A DNA stretch of 64,000 bases from Candidatus Latescibacterota bacterium (lineage in GTDB: Bacteria > Latescibacterota > UBA2968 > GCA-2709665), in contig OZ242180.1 in NCBI GenBank assembly GCA_965205485.1, positions 3,328,001 through 3,392,000 of the forward strand. Reading direction: 5' to 3'. Made by a program: the position numbers and the translations under genes. The notes beneath the pieces were generated by a model. The model saw nothing but the letters and a program-made list of their open reading frames with translations, was not told the DNA's origin and made no database searches. Each line of letters opens with the position of its first letter. Position 1 is the stretch's first letter. Below, piece by piece: positions 50,056 to 59,922 of the stretch.

Positions 50056-50850
50056 TTGACGTTGATAGTCCAAGATCTACCATACCCGGTCCAAGCCCAT
50101 CTGAAGGGTTTCGTCTCAAATGGCGACAATCTCAGGACTGAATCGTGCGCCGATGTATTTTCATTTGCGCACCCGAGCAAGCAGGGTTTGTTCCTCAAAA
50201 TCAGAGATACGCTCGCTGCGCCACAAGAATCAGATCTTCGTGCCGAAAAAGCGGCCATATCCTGGTTGCACGACAAACTGAGTGTGCCTGGCATGGTCTG
50301 CTTCCACGAGGAAGACAATACTCAGTATCTGCTGATGACCCGAATCGCTGGCGTCTCTGGTGTCCACGAAGACGCCACGACAGATATCCCTGGTCTGATA
50401 CGTCTGTTCGCTCATGGACTTCGCGAGATTCACGCAGTTCCAGTCGATTCGTGTCCATTGAATTGGCGCTTTGAACGCTATTTTGCGTGGGCGACAGACC
50501 TGATTGATTCAGGAGTGCTGGATGGTCAGATCCCCGAAGGCGGCACCAGAAATGTCCTGCGGGATGAACTGGCAGGCATACAAGCCGACCTGCCGCCAGA
50601 AGACGTGGTGTTCACCCACGGGGATTATTGCCTTCCCAACATCATAATCCTCAATGGCCACCTGAGTGGCTACATTGATTGGGGTTATGCAGGTATGGGA
50701 GATCGATATCTCGACTTTGTCGCCGCGTACAATACCATTCGCAGAAATCTGGGTGGGAGGTGGGTTTCCTTGTTTTTTCGAGAGTATGGACAAGAATTGG
50801 ATCCGGCCAAGTTGAGCGTGTATCAAAGGATCCATGACTTTGTAGACTAA
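50056..50850 (+). CDS. Aminoglycoside 3'-phosphotransferase-like protein
   Basis: LFLK, E..AISWL, YLLMT, THGDYCLPNII, YIDWG..G.GDRY.D; start uncertain. Confidence 0.88.
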   Translation: MTLIVQDLPYPVQAHLKGFVSNGDNLRTESCADVFSFAHPSKQGLFLKIRDTLAAPQESDLRAEKAAISWLHDKLSVPGMVCFHEEDNTQYLLMTRIAGVSGVHEDATTDIPGLIRLFAHGLREIHAVPVDSCPLNWRFERYFAWATDLIDSGVLDGQIPEGGTRNVLRDELAGIQADLPPEDVVFTHGDYCLPNIIILNGHLSGYIDWGYAGMGDRYLDFVAAYNTIRRNLGGRWVSLFFREYGQELDPAKLSVYQRIHDFVD

Positions 50851-50869
50851 GAGGGAAATAGCGCACTTC

Positions 50870-50942
50870 ACATAACCCGTCCGTCCCCGGCTTCGGGCAT
50901 ACTCCCTTCGCGCAACCTCTATTCCTGAACTTTAAGTTAGCC
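50870..50942 (+). repeat. attC-like site
   Basis: R'' ACATAAC 20 bp after the APH stop; R' GTTAGCC. Confidence 0.65.
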
Positions 50943-51044
50943 GCAGTCTCTCCCACCAATTAAGCCTCATACATCAAAGGCTGTGAATTTTACGTTGCCT
51001 TTCTACAGGTTTCGTTAACAGGATCATTACATAAAGAGGACTAA

Positions 51045-51428
51045 ATGTCGAACCCGGAAAATTGGAAAATAACAGCTACAAGACCAGTCTTAATCGTCTC
51101 TGATATTGACCGTGCGGTTGATTATTACACCGGTATTGGCTTTGAGGAGATATTTAGAAATGATGTCGTTTACTCCGTTTTGAGTATGGATGAACATATC
51201 ATCCACTTGGGAACGAAGATGGGTACCGGTGCAGGTTTGTCGGCAGCAGTAGTCGAAATGAGCGGTGTTAATGAATATTTCGCTTTCCTTAGCCGACGAA
51301 ACGTCAGAATCCACCGGGAACCAGCAGATCAATTCTACGGAATGAGAGACTTCCAGGTGATGGACCCGGATGGCAATATTATCACTTTTGGGGAGCCATT
51401 GAAAGACAGCAACACGGTTTCTGAGTGA
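51045..51428 (+). CDS. VOC/glyoxalase/bleomycin-resistance family
   Basis: PVLIVSDI..AVDYY..GF, DQFYGMRDF.V.DPDGN. Confidence 0.9.
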   Translation: MSNPENWKITATRPVLIVSDIDRAVDYYTGIGFEEIFRNDVVYSVLSMDEHIIHLGTKMGTGAGLSAAVVEMSGVNEYFAFLSRRNVRIHREPADQFYGMRDFQVMDPDGNIITFGEPLKDSNTVSE

Positions 51429-51584
51429 TGTCTTCAGATATCGGGATCTTGTCAACTTGCGGTCAATTTACAAGCCCGAAAGCTGTTTTTTGCTTGACGG
51501 CCAGTCAATCGTCAAGAAACGGCCCTGAATTCTGTTTCTGTACCAGGTCCAGTACAAGTACATCCTAACCGAACATGCGATTAA

Positions 51585-51775
51585 CCTTGATTCGTAAGTC
51601 TTCGGGGGCGATAATTCGAATATGTGCTTGTAAATAAAGGCGATTAGACGGAGAAAACCCAGGATACACCAGGTCACTGGACGTGTAGGGAAAAAACGTC
51701 CTTCTATACGTCGATAGCGCCCCGTTTCGGAAGGTTTTATCGCGTCGCCGCGTCGCTTCTTTTTTCGGATTGAGG
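51585..51775 (+). mobile_element. MITE-like repeat family A, copy 3
   Basis: Homologous to copies 1, 2 and 4. Confidence 0.85.
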
Positions 51776-51781
51776 CTGATC

Positions 51782-52730
51782 ATGCGGTATCGCCGCCTGG
51801 GAAGAACAGAACTGCAGGTCTCGGAACTCAGTTACGGTGCGGCACGGGGCGCGTCGCAGGACCGGGCGAAGTTCATTGCCACAGTACACGCAGCGATCGA
51901 GAGCGGCGTCAACTTCGTCGACACCGCCGCCGACTACGGCAACGGTGACAGCGAGAGCGCGCTTGGGCGAAGCGTTGCGGGGCCACGACCCTATCATTGT
52001 CGAGACCAAGTATCAGCCTTACGATGGCTGGGGCGGCGATGCGGCATACACGGGTTCAGCGGCGGCATTGACCTCCTCTGCCGAGGAGAGCCTGCGCCGC
52101 TTGCGCCGTGATCGTCTTGATATTCTTCTCGGCCACGGCATACGCACGCTCGAATCTCTGGACCGTTTTATGAACGATGGCTGCTACGAGGCCATGTCCA
52201 GGCTGCGTGAGCAGGGCAAGGTCCGGTTCATCGGTATCAGCGAGCTCTCCACGGTTGACGGAACACACGAGATCCTGAAGCGCGCGGTTCCCACCGGCGC
52301 CCTGGACGTGGTCATGCTCACGATCAATTTTCTGCTGCAAAACGCGGTGGAATCGGTACTGCCGCTGTGTGCCCGGCACGACGTCGGCACGGCGGTGATG
52401 ATGCCGCTGAACCAGGCGAGCCACGAGTCCGGTCTGGTCAGTGTGCCGGCGGCGCTGGAGTGCGTGCGGCGGCATGTCGCGGCCGGTTATCTGCCGTCCC
52501 GGCCGCCGTACACGGATCCGGACCTGTTTGATTTCCTGAAGCCCTACAGTGTGCCCGCTGCGGCGCTGCGCTTCGTGCTCGCGCAGGACGTGAGCACATG
52601 CTGTGTCGGGACCCGCAGGCCGGAACGGTTTCGCGAGAACCTGCCAGTGGTTGACCCGCCGTACCTCGATACACCGCGGGTGGAGAAGCTGCGCGAACGC
52701 TTCGGGCGAATTCATGGCCACGTAAGATAG
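51782..52730 (+). pseudogene. Aldo/keto reductase, frameshifted at G-run 51965-51967
   Basis: MRYRRLGRT..VS..G, DTA..YG.G.SE..LG, then ETK, SLRRL..D, GKVRFIGIS in the next frame. Confidence 0.85.
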
Positions 52731-52782
52731 GCGGAATGATGAAGACTTCTGCACCTTCATGGGCATGCCGGGAGCGCGGACA

Positions 52783-53757
52783 ATGAAGATCCTGCAAGTC
52801 ACATCGCCGCGCGAGTTCGAGATTCTCGACGTCCCGGTTCCCCAGCCCGGTCCGGACGAGGTGCTGATGCGTGTCACGGCGGTCACGACCTGCCCGCAGT
52901 GGGACCTGCACCTGCGTCACAACGACCCGATGTTTGTCGGCCGTGCATTCCACTACCCGTACACGCCGGGCAAGCCCGGCCACGAAGCCGTCGGCCGGAT
53001 CGAGGCTGTTGGGGAACGTGTGGCAGGTTTGAAGGCAGGTGACCGCGTGTGCGCCTGGCGCGATAGCGGCGATGGGCATCACGGTTGCTATGCGCAATAC
53101 GTCGCGATCGACGCGGCAAGAGTCATACGCGTCCCCGGAGAATTGCCCGACGAGGCGCTGGCTCCACTCGAACTGGCTATGTGCGTAGGCGCCTGCTTCC
53201 GGATGCTGCGCGATATGGACGCAATCCTGGGCCGTTGTTTCGGCGTCTGCGGCCTGGGCCCGGCCGGACTGGTGGCGCTGCAGATGGCCAGAGCCGAGGG
53301 CGCCAGGGAAGTATACGGGTTCGACTTCATATCTGACCGCCGCGCCATGGCCGAGCGTCTCGGCGCGGCAGGTTGCTACGACCCGCGGGCCGACTTGTCG
53401 GGGAAGTTCCCGGCGCGGCCGGAACGGCCAAAGCTCGAGTCGGCCGTGGACTGCGTCGGCGCGAAGGCGTCGGTGGAGTTCCTCATGGACCGGACTCAGG
53501 ACGCCCTGGCCCTGTTCGGCGTGCAGCGCGAAGACTACACGTTCAGCCCGCGGCATTATCGCGGGCTGCGGCTGTGCGGGTACAAGGGCCACTCGCGCGA
53601 ATCGGCCGAGTATGCGCTCGACCTCATCCGCCGCGGCAAGCTCAACCTGGCCGCGCTGGTCACGCACAAGCTTCCGCTCGAACGCTACGCTGAAGGCGTA
53701 GACCTTTTGGAGAACCTTAAGGCCGTCAAAGTCTGTTTCCTGCCGTGGGAGGAATGA
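52783..53757 (+). CDS. Zinc-binding (MDR) dehydrogenase
   Basis: PGHE.VG, GDRV, GLGPAG. Confidence 0.88.
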   Translation: MKILQVTSPREFEILDVPVPQPGPDEVLMRVTAVTTCPQWDLHLRHNDPMFVGRAFHYPYTPGKPGHEAVGRIEAVGERVAGLKAGDRVCAWRDSGDGHHGCYAQYVAIDAARVIRVPGELPDEALAPLELAMCVGACFRMLRDMDAILGRCFGVCGLGPAGLVALQMARAEGAREVYGFDFISDRRAMAERLGAAGCYDPRADLSGKFPARPERPKLESAVDCVGAKASVEFLMDRTQDALALFGVQREDYTFSPRHYRGLRLCGYKGHSRESAEYALDLIRRGKLNLAALVTHKLPLERYAEGVDLLENLKAVKVCFLPWEE

Positions 53758-53899
53758 AACTGATGGGAAATTGGCGATAGAACCCGGTATCGTTCTGACA
53801 GTCCACGGGGCATCAAGCTTCTTCGATTCTTGCGGAAATGTGCTGAATGCTTTCTATTGCGAGCGTCTCCCGCGGGCTTGCAGGTTGGGCGAGGGAATA

Positions 53900-54643
53900 A
53901 TGGACGTAGACTACGACCGACTGGCGGAACACTACAGGAACCACAGAAGACCCGATCCAAGGATAGCTGCGCGGATCCAGTTCCATATTGAGGGTGCCAG
54001 GCGCGTGCTGAATGTCGGCGCCGGCATTGGATCTTACGAGCCGGATGACTGTGAGGTCGTGGCTATAGAACCGTCCCAAGAGATGCTCATGAAGCGAGAG
54101 AACGCCAAGGTTGCATTGGCTCAGGGCGTTGCAGAAGCGTTGCCGTTCAGAGACAATGTATTTGATGTCGCAATGGGGATTCTAACCGTACATCATTGGT
54201 CAGACACTGTGTTGGGTCTGCGGGAAATGGTCAGAGTGTCGAGAGACAAAGTCATACTCTTCACCTGGATAGGCTACGGCAATGATTTCTGGCTCGAGGA
54301 CTATATCCCTGAAATAGCTGGAGTCGACTGTGAGCTGTTTCCAACATTGGCAGAATTGTATGAAATACTTGGTGGGATTTCAGTGGAGACAATTGAGATA
54401 CCATATGATTGCTCCGATGGGTTCATGTGTGCGTATTGGCGAAGACCCGAGGCATACCTGGACCCGGGGGTAAGGAATGCCATATCGACGTTTTCGCGCG
54501 TATCCGGTATTCAAGAGGGATTAACCCAACTGCGAAATGATATTGATGACGGCATTTGGTGCAAGAAGCATAAGCACCTGCTTGAGAGGGAGAGTCTGGA
54601 TCTGGGGTATAGGCTGGTCGTGTGTAGAGTTCAATGCGCCTGA
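53900..54643 (+). CDS. Class I SAM-dependent methyltransferase
   Basis: RRPDPRIA, NVGAGIGSYE, AEALPF, HHW, AYWRRPEAYL. Confidence 0.9.
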   Translation: MDVDYDRLAEHYRNHRRPDPRIAARIQFHIEGARRVLNVGAGIGSYEPDDCEVVAIEPSQEMLMKRENAKVALAQGVAEALPFRDNVFDVAMGILTVHHWSDTVLGLREMVRVSRDKVILFTWIGYGNDFWLEDYIPEIAGVDCELFPTLAELYEILGGISVETIEIPYDCSDGFMCAYWRRPEAYLDPGVRNAISTFSRVSGIQEGLTQLRNDIDDGIWCKKHKHLLERESLDLGYRLVVCRVQCA

Positions 54644-54694
54644 CCCATTCACCGGTGCAGATTCAAGAAGCTGCGCTTCCATAGGACAGATATC

Positions 54695-55504
54695 ATGAAG
54701 TCTGTTGCCCAAATCTACGACGAGAACGCGACACGTGAATGGAGGCGTTTGGAGAATGCCCCCTTTCGGTCCATTGAGTTCCTCGTTGCCATGGACCGTA
54801 TTCTCAAATACCTTCCCAAAACGGGTAAAGTGTTGGATGCTGGAGGGGGGCCAGGACGATATGCCATCGAATTATGTCGTCGGGGATACCAGGTTGTTCT
54901 CCTGGATCTTTCGGAAGAATGCTTGAATCTGGCCAAGAAGAAGATCCTGGGGGAGCCGAAGGGTGTTCAGGAGCGACTGATGGACCTGGTCGCAGGCGAC
55001 ATCCGAAACCTTTCTGGCTTCGTAGACGATTCATTTGAGGCCGTCATGTGTCTTGATCCTCTCTCTTACTTGTGTGAGGTTCAAGAGAGGAGAAAGGCGG
55101 CCTCAGAGCTGTTTCGGGTTACAAAGCCGGGTGGCGTGGTATGTATCGCCGTTCGGGGATATCTGGCTGTTCTTCGTCATATATTGAAGCGGTTTCCGCA
55201 GGAAATTCTGGATGATTCTTTCAACGATCTGGTCAGGACCGGAGACACCCTTGTGCAGGGAGTGCCAGTTCATTTTTTTCGAGCTCAAGAGGTGTGCCGT
55301 CTCACCGAGTCCATAGGATTGGTGACGCTTGAAATGTGTGGATGTGAGGGGTTATCCACCGGGCTCGAAGAAGCGACTGACGCTCTGGCAGAAGATACTG
55401 CTCGATGGGACTGTTGGATGGATTTGGTTCTGAAGACGGCGTCTGAACCAGCGGTAGTGGATATGGCCCCTCACATGCTCTACATAGGTAGAAAACCAGA
55501 TTAA
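54695..55504 (+). CDS. Class I SAM-dependent methyltransferase
   Basis: EWRRL, LDAGGGPGRY, LDLS, RVTKPGG. Confidence 0.9.
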   Translation: MKSVAQIYDENATREWRRLENAPFRSIEFLVAMDRILKYLPKTGKVLDAGGGPGRYAIELCRRGYQVVLLDLSEECLNLAKKKILGEPKGVQERLMDLVAGDIRNLSGFVDDSFEAVMCLDPLSYLCEVQERRKAASELFRVTKPGGVVCIAVRGYLAVLRHILKRFPQEILDDSFNDLVRTGDTLVQGVPVHFFRAQEVCRLTESIGLVTLEMCGCEGLSTGLEEATDALAEDTARWDCWMDLVLKTASEPAVVDMAPHMLYIGRKPD

Positions 55505-55636
55505 AGCCTTATGGTGCGCGCAATATGGTTTCCCTTGATCGGCATCGCCTTGATGGGACCGCCAGCGGGTAACAGCCATTTGCGGAGACCCCACCCAACC
55601 GCAACCCGAATTCACGAAAGGATAGGAGTCAAATCG

Positions 55637-56755
55637 GTGAACCGTCTGTTCCTGTCAATGTTCCTCACTCTGTGCAGCACAGGTCATGCTGATGCATCCG
55701 ATGATTGGAGGATTGGAACTCCGGCCGGGCAAGGTCTGAATGCGGATACGATAGCGGAGGGTCTGGCCAGGATCCGGGATGGGGAGTACAAGAATCTCCA
55801 CAGCTTTCTGATTGCTCGGCGAGGCACTCTCGTACTGGAGGAGTACTTTGCGGGCACCGACGGGTGGAGGGGGCATGTCGTATTCGACAAGGACCGGCTG
55901 CATGACACACGCTCAGTTTCAAAGAGTGTAACGTCCGCGCTCGTTGGAATCGCCATTGACAAGGGCTTTATCGATTCTGTTGATGTGCCGATGCATCAAT
56001 TCTTCCCGGATCACTCAGCGCACATAACAGAAGGGAAAAAACAGATCACTTTGAGACATCTGCTGACGATGACATCCGGGTTCAGGTGGGACCAATCGGG
56101 AGCGCATCAATCTGAGCCTGGTTCTCCAAACTCGGAAGCTCAGATGGAGAACAGTGACGACTTCATTGGATATGTACTGTCATCTGACATGTCTGACGAA
56201 CCCGGCAGGCGTTTCAACTACAATAGCGGATGCGCAATTCTTCTTGCGGGGGTGATCAAGAAGGTTTCCGGCCTGCACGCAGATGCTTTCGCTGACGAAT
56301 ATCTCTTTGGACCTGTGGGCATCCGTCGGAGTGATTGGTGGCGGACAAAGACAGGATTGCCGCAAACCCATGCTGGTCTTCGTCTCAGACCCCGTGATCT
56401 GGCCAGGATCGGTCAGCTGTACCTGGACCGTGGGGTGTGGAACGGAGTCGAGGTACTGCCTGCGGATTGGATCGAAGAATCTGTTCGCTCTCAGTTTGGA
56501 AATGAACGATATGGGTTCGGCTGGTGGCTGGATCGCTTCAGTGTTGCCGGACATCCTGTCAAGACCTTCGTTGCGGAAGGAAATGGCGGTCAGTTCCTGT
56601 TCGTGATTCCCGACGTTGAGATGGTGATTGTCTTCACAGGCGGGAATTACGGATCCGCAGTCGCCAACCAGGTCTTTCGCATCGTAACAAGGCATGTCTT
56701 GCCTGCGGTGACAGACCACCCCGCAGAAAGCAAAGGAGAGACCGATGGTGAGTGA
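55637..56755 (+). CDS. Exported serine hydrolase, beta-lactamase class C-like
   Basis: SVSK (SxxK), LLTMTSG, FNYNS, DLARIG, YGFGWW, GNGGQ; signal peptide; AGGAG RBS. Confidence 0.88.
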   Translation: MNRLFLSMFLTLCSTGHADASDDWRIGTPAGQGLNADTIAEGLARIRDGEYKNLHSFLIARRGTLVLEEYFAGTDGWRGHVVFDKDRLHDTRSVSKSVTSALVGIAIDKGFIDSVDVPMHQFFPDHSAHITEGKKQITLRHLLTMTSGFRWDQSGAHQSEPGSPNSEAQMENSDDFIGYVLSSDMSDEPGRRFNYNSGCAILLAGVIKKVSGLHADAFADEYLFGPVGIRRSDWWRTKTGLPQTHAGLRLRPRDLARIGQLYLDRGVWNGVEVLPADWIEESVRSQFGNERYGFGWWLDRFSVAGHPVKTFVAEGNGGQFLFVIPDVEMVIVFTGGNYGSAVANQVFRIVTRHVLPAVTDHPAESKGETDGE

Positions 56756-57397
56756 CTACTCGTCCTTGATGGAGGAGCTGGACAGAAATTCGCGTACGGC
56801 AGACTGGTTTTCGGACGGGTGGGAAACGCGACTGGACACGTTTCCTGAGAAGGTTTTTTCGGTGAGTTCCCGAGCGCGAGCGAAAAAGTGCGGTCAAAAT
56901 CGCCCATATTTGTCTATACGGGTGGGTTTGACCAACGCCGACCGGCGCTTTTGCAGCCGCGCGAAGACCGCTGGGAATTTTAAGACAGCTTCTAGAGTGG
57001 GGGATCAGGGCTTCAACTGTTCAGGGACCTGTGGTTCAATCAAGACGGAATGGGTATCCATTTCGAGACCTGGATTACGGACCGTGAAATGCAACAGAAG
57101 AAGACACGTCTTGTCATGCACGTGCTTCATCAAGACACATTCCCGGGAACTCGATTGAAGCGCGCGGCTTTCAGCCGGCCTTTTGTGAAAGAAGCACGCG
57201 GTATGATTGAGACATGGAAGGGATACAAGGTGTCGAACAGCACGATGAAGGTTTTCAGTCGTGACGTTCGCTTCGGCGACGATGACCTCATTGAGAAACT
57301 CTCTGCGGAATTTGCGAAAGTGCAGCAACTTGGCTGCATCGTCGATCAGATTCTACACGATGAGATCGGAGTCCAGCGTTTGAACCTTGATTCGTAG
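56745..57397 (+). pseudogene. Hypothetical protein interrupted by a MITE family B insertion
   Basis: N-part MVSDYSS...DTFPE, then MITE, then LQLFRDLWFNQDGMGIHFETW...; 3' end runs into repeat A copy 4. Confidence 0.55.
56860..56993 (-). mobile_element. MITE family B, inverted copy with one end lost or degenerate
   Basis: Reverse complement closely matches 25061-25205. Confidence 0.8.
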
Positions 57398-57565
57398 GGA
57401 CGTTAATTCGAATATGTGCTTGTAAATCAAGGCGATTAGACGGCGGATTACCAGGATACACCAGGTCACTGGACGTGTAGGAAAAAAGTCCTTCTATACG
57501 ACGATAACGCCGATTTTCGGAGGTTTTTATCGCGTCGCCGCGTTGCTGTTTTTTTCGGGTTGAGG
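57385..57565 (+). mobile_element. MITE-like repeat family A, copy 4
   Basis: Homologous; short internal deletion near the left end. Confidence 0.85.
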
Positions 57566-57570
57566 TTAAT

Positions 57571-58543
57571 TTGGTGGATAAGGGATCCCTCAAGGTTCTA
57601 TCAAAGGACGAAAGAACAGCAGCATTGCACGCGCTGGCCGAAGCCAGTCTTGCTGACTTCGGTTTGACCGGCGGCTCGCCCGTGTTGCTGCAGGATCTCG
57701 TGAACAGCTCATTCCGGGTTCAACATGACAGGGGGCAGTGGTATCTTCGTATTTACAATAGCGACAGGCATGATACATCAGTTATCGAGTCTGAACTCCT
57801 GTTCCTGGAAGCGCTCGCCAAAGGGGGCTTTCCAGCGCCTCAGCCGTTGCGTAAGCACAGTGATGGGATGCTTTGGGTGGCGTCGCAGAGACGCAATTCG
57901 AATATCGATATGCTCTTGGCTACCGGGAGAGATATTGCAACATGACAAGACGTCACAGCACTATGCCAACTTAGGTGCCATGTTAGCAGAACTCCACGAG
58001 TTTTCCGGAAAATGGAATCCGCCCGAGGGGTTCGTACGTCCACGTTGCGACAGTGAAGGTGTATACGGCAGTCACGGTGCTTCAGGAGAGCAAGTCATGC
58101 GAGGCTGGGACAACATTGACGATCCGCTTCGCTCGGATCTTGAAGATGCGAAAAAAGCACTTGAACAAGCCGAGAAAGCCATTGGAACGGATCGCGGTCG
58201 CTACGGCTTGATCCACGCTGATCCAAGTTTCAGCAACGTCCTGTTTGATGGGGAAATACCATACCTGATCGATTTCGATGATTTAGGGTACGGCCACTAT
58301 GTCTTCGATCTCGCCGTTGTCCTTGCTGGCGCATGGGGCAAGCCTGATTTCGAAGGGAATCGCGCGGCTTTGTTCGAAGGATATGGGCAAAGACGAAAAT
58401 TGTCGCAGGCAGAAATAGGCGCATTGCCCGCAGCCATGGCAGCACGAGCGGCCTCGCTCATTTTCTGGGCTGCGGCTCAGTCATCGCAGCATCCATGGAT
58501 TGAAGGTCAGTGGCAACGCCTCAAGAAATACATGGAATCATGA
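57571..58543 (+). pseudogene. APH/homoserine-kinase-type-II-like phosphotransferase, frameshifted near 57880-57920
   Basis: N..FRV..YLRIY..SEL..L in first ORF; WLPG, LAELH, LIHAD...N, IDFDD.G.G in second ORF. Confidence 0.8.
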
Positions 58544-58664
58544 TCGAAGGAAGGCATCGAAAAGCCAGACGCACTCGACGGGCTTACGCCCGCGCGGGGC
58601 CTGCGGCCTCAGGAGCCAGTAGGAGAGATACTCCCGGCCCGAAGTAGAGTTAGAAACCCACATC

Positions 58665-58759
58665 GCTTAATACCTCGGTTGCCTCTGCGGCGGATTGGCG
58701 CGTTGGCCCGCGGCAACCCCTCGACGGGCTCGGGGTTCGGCAACCGGAAAACGTCAGGT
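58665..58759 (+). repeat. attC-like site ending in non-canonical GTCAGGT
   Basis: CGGTTGCC/GGCAACCG arms; shares CAACCCCTCG..GCTCGGG.TTCG..AACCGG..AAACGT with the 48613 site. Confidence 0.6.
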
Positions 58760-58830
58760 GACACTGGCGCAAAGACAGAATCCAACTGCCCCAAAGCTCC
58801 ATATAGCGGTCAAAAACAGAAGAAAGACAC

Positions 58831-59454
58831 ATGAACCAATCCCCGGTTTTGCCTCAATGGGCACCCCGTGTATCGCGTCATAGCATTGCTGAATTATACG
58901 CAAAGGACGCAAAAGGGATAAGAGACGAGGAACTCGCAGATGATGTTGGTATTGCCCTGTTTGCGCGAGTCGAAAGTTGCCTTATTGCGACAGGGGCGAT
59001 GCGCGGGGAAGTCAAGTGTCCCAGTTGCGGAAGTTTCATCCATCGCGACTTGAAGCCTTGCCGCCGGGATGACCCAATCGAAATGCTTCAATGTAATTCT
59101 TGTGAGTGGCAACTGTCCTGGCCTGAGTATCACAAGACGTATCGTAGGAAGCGTCTCGGATCTGCCAGGCTTGATGTACCGTTTCGTGAGTTTCTCAGAG
59201 GGTTTGCAAAAGCTCAATCATATCAGCAAAGGATGATCCTGATTGATACTTTGCTCCATATCTACCACGGCGAATTGGAAGGGCCGTTAGGGGGGCCAGG
59301 AACCGCTAATCTGATCGGCGGCAAAATGTCCGATGTTGCGATTTTCTTGAACCAGCTTACCTATGGAGATCAGAGCACGCCAGGATTGGTCGATCAGTTG
59401 GAGGAATGGCGGAAACTTGCCAGGCGAGCACCTTATGGGACTGAGGATGTGTGA
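58831..59454 (+). CDS. Hypothetical protein with zinc-ribbon (CPSC...CNSC)
   Basis: ORF bounded by cassette-like cores; two CxxC pairs. Confidence 0.75.
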   Translation: MNQSPVLPQWAPRVSRHSIAELYAKDAKGIRDEELADDVGIALFARVESCLIATGAMRGEVKCPSCGSFIHRDLKPCRRDDPIEMLQCNSCEWQLSWPEYHKTYRRKRLGSARLDVPFREFLRGFAKAQSYQQRMILIDTLLHIYHGELEGPLGGPGTANLIGGKMSDVAIFLNQLTYGDQSTPGLVDQLEEWRKLARRAPYGTEDV

Positions 59455-59542
59455 CTGAAAGCAAGGCAAACACCAGGACGCTTAATGCGCCTGCCCTATT
59501 ACTGCTCCTGTATTTCATGGACTTGGAGGAGTGCGACAGCAT

Positions 59543-59657
59543 CACCTGACATGTTGCTCCCGGCTCGCTACTCTCGGCCCAAAGGGTTGTGGCTGATTGT
59601 AAAACCACTGATTGACTTCCCGCACACAGCCCGTTCGGGAGCCACTGAACGTTACAC
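59543..59657 (+). repeat. attC-like site beginning with non-canonical CACCTGAC
   Basis: GCTCCCG/CGGGAGC arms as in the 49927 site; R' GTTACAC. Confidence 0.62.
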
Positions 59658-59922
59658 GCAGGCGGCGCTGAGTTGCCCAACAACCCCACCCTGGCAAATC
59701 GTGCACAGACCCAAGAAACCATCCCATCCGCAGCGAACACACATACATCGGGCTTCTTCGATCTGTCTTCCTGGCAACAGAGAATACGATCCGCCGGGGT
59801 TTGTTCTTACGCGGGTCGAGTGCGTATCGGAAAAAAGGCCCCAGTTCGAACCGACCGCACCCCAAAGCTCAGACGCAAGTAAAGGGCGCGGAGAGAGGTA
59901 CGTTCGGAAAGGATGAAATGAA

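Noticed and set aside
55637..56755. True beta-lactamase
   Set aside because: Motifs fit the broad esterase/amidohydrolase serine-hydrolase group; no KTG triad; activity cannot be inferred
45499..57565. Repeat A as a CRISPR array
   Set aside because: Units are ~190 bp, kilobases apart and separated by genes; no cas genes
58555..58655. Additional attC-like remnant ending GTTAGAA
   Set aside because: Too degenerate to support as a separate site
59485..59916. 143-aa plus-strand ORF
   Set aside because: Runs across the attC-like hairpin; atypical composition
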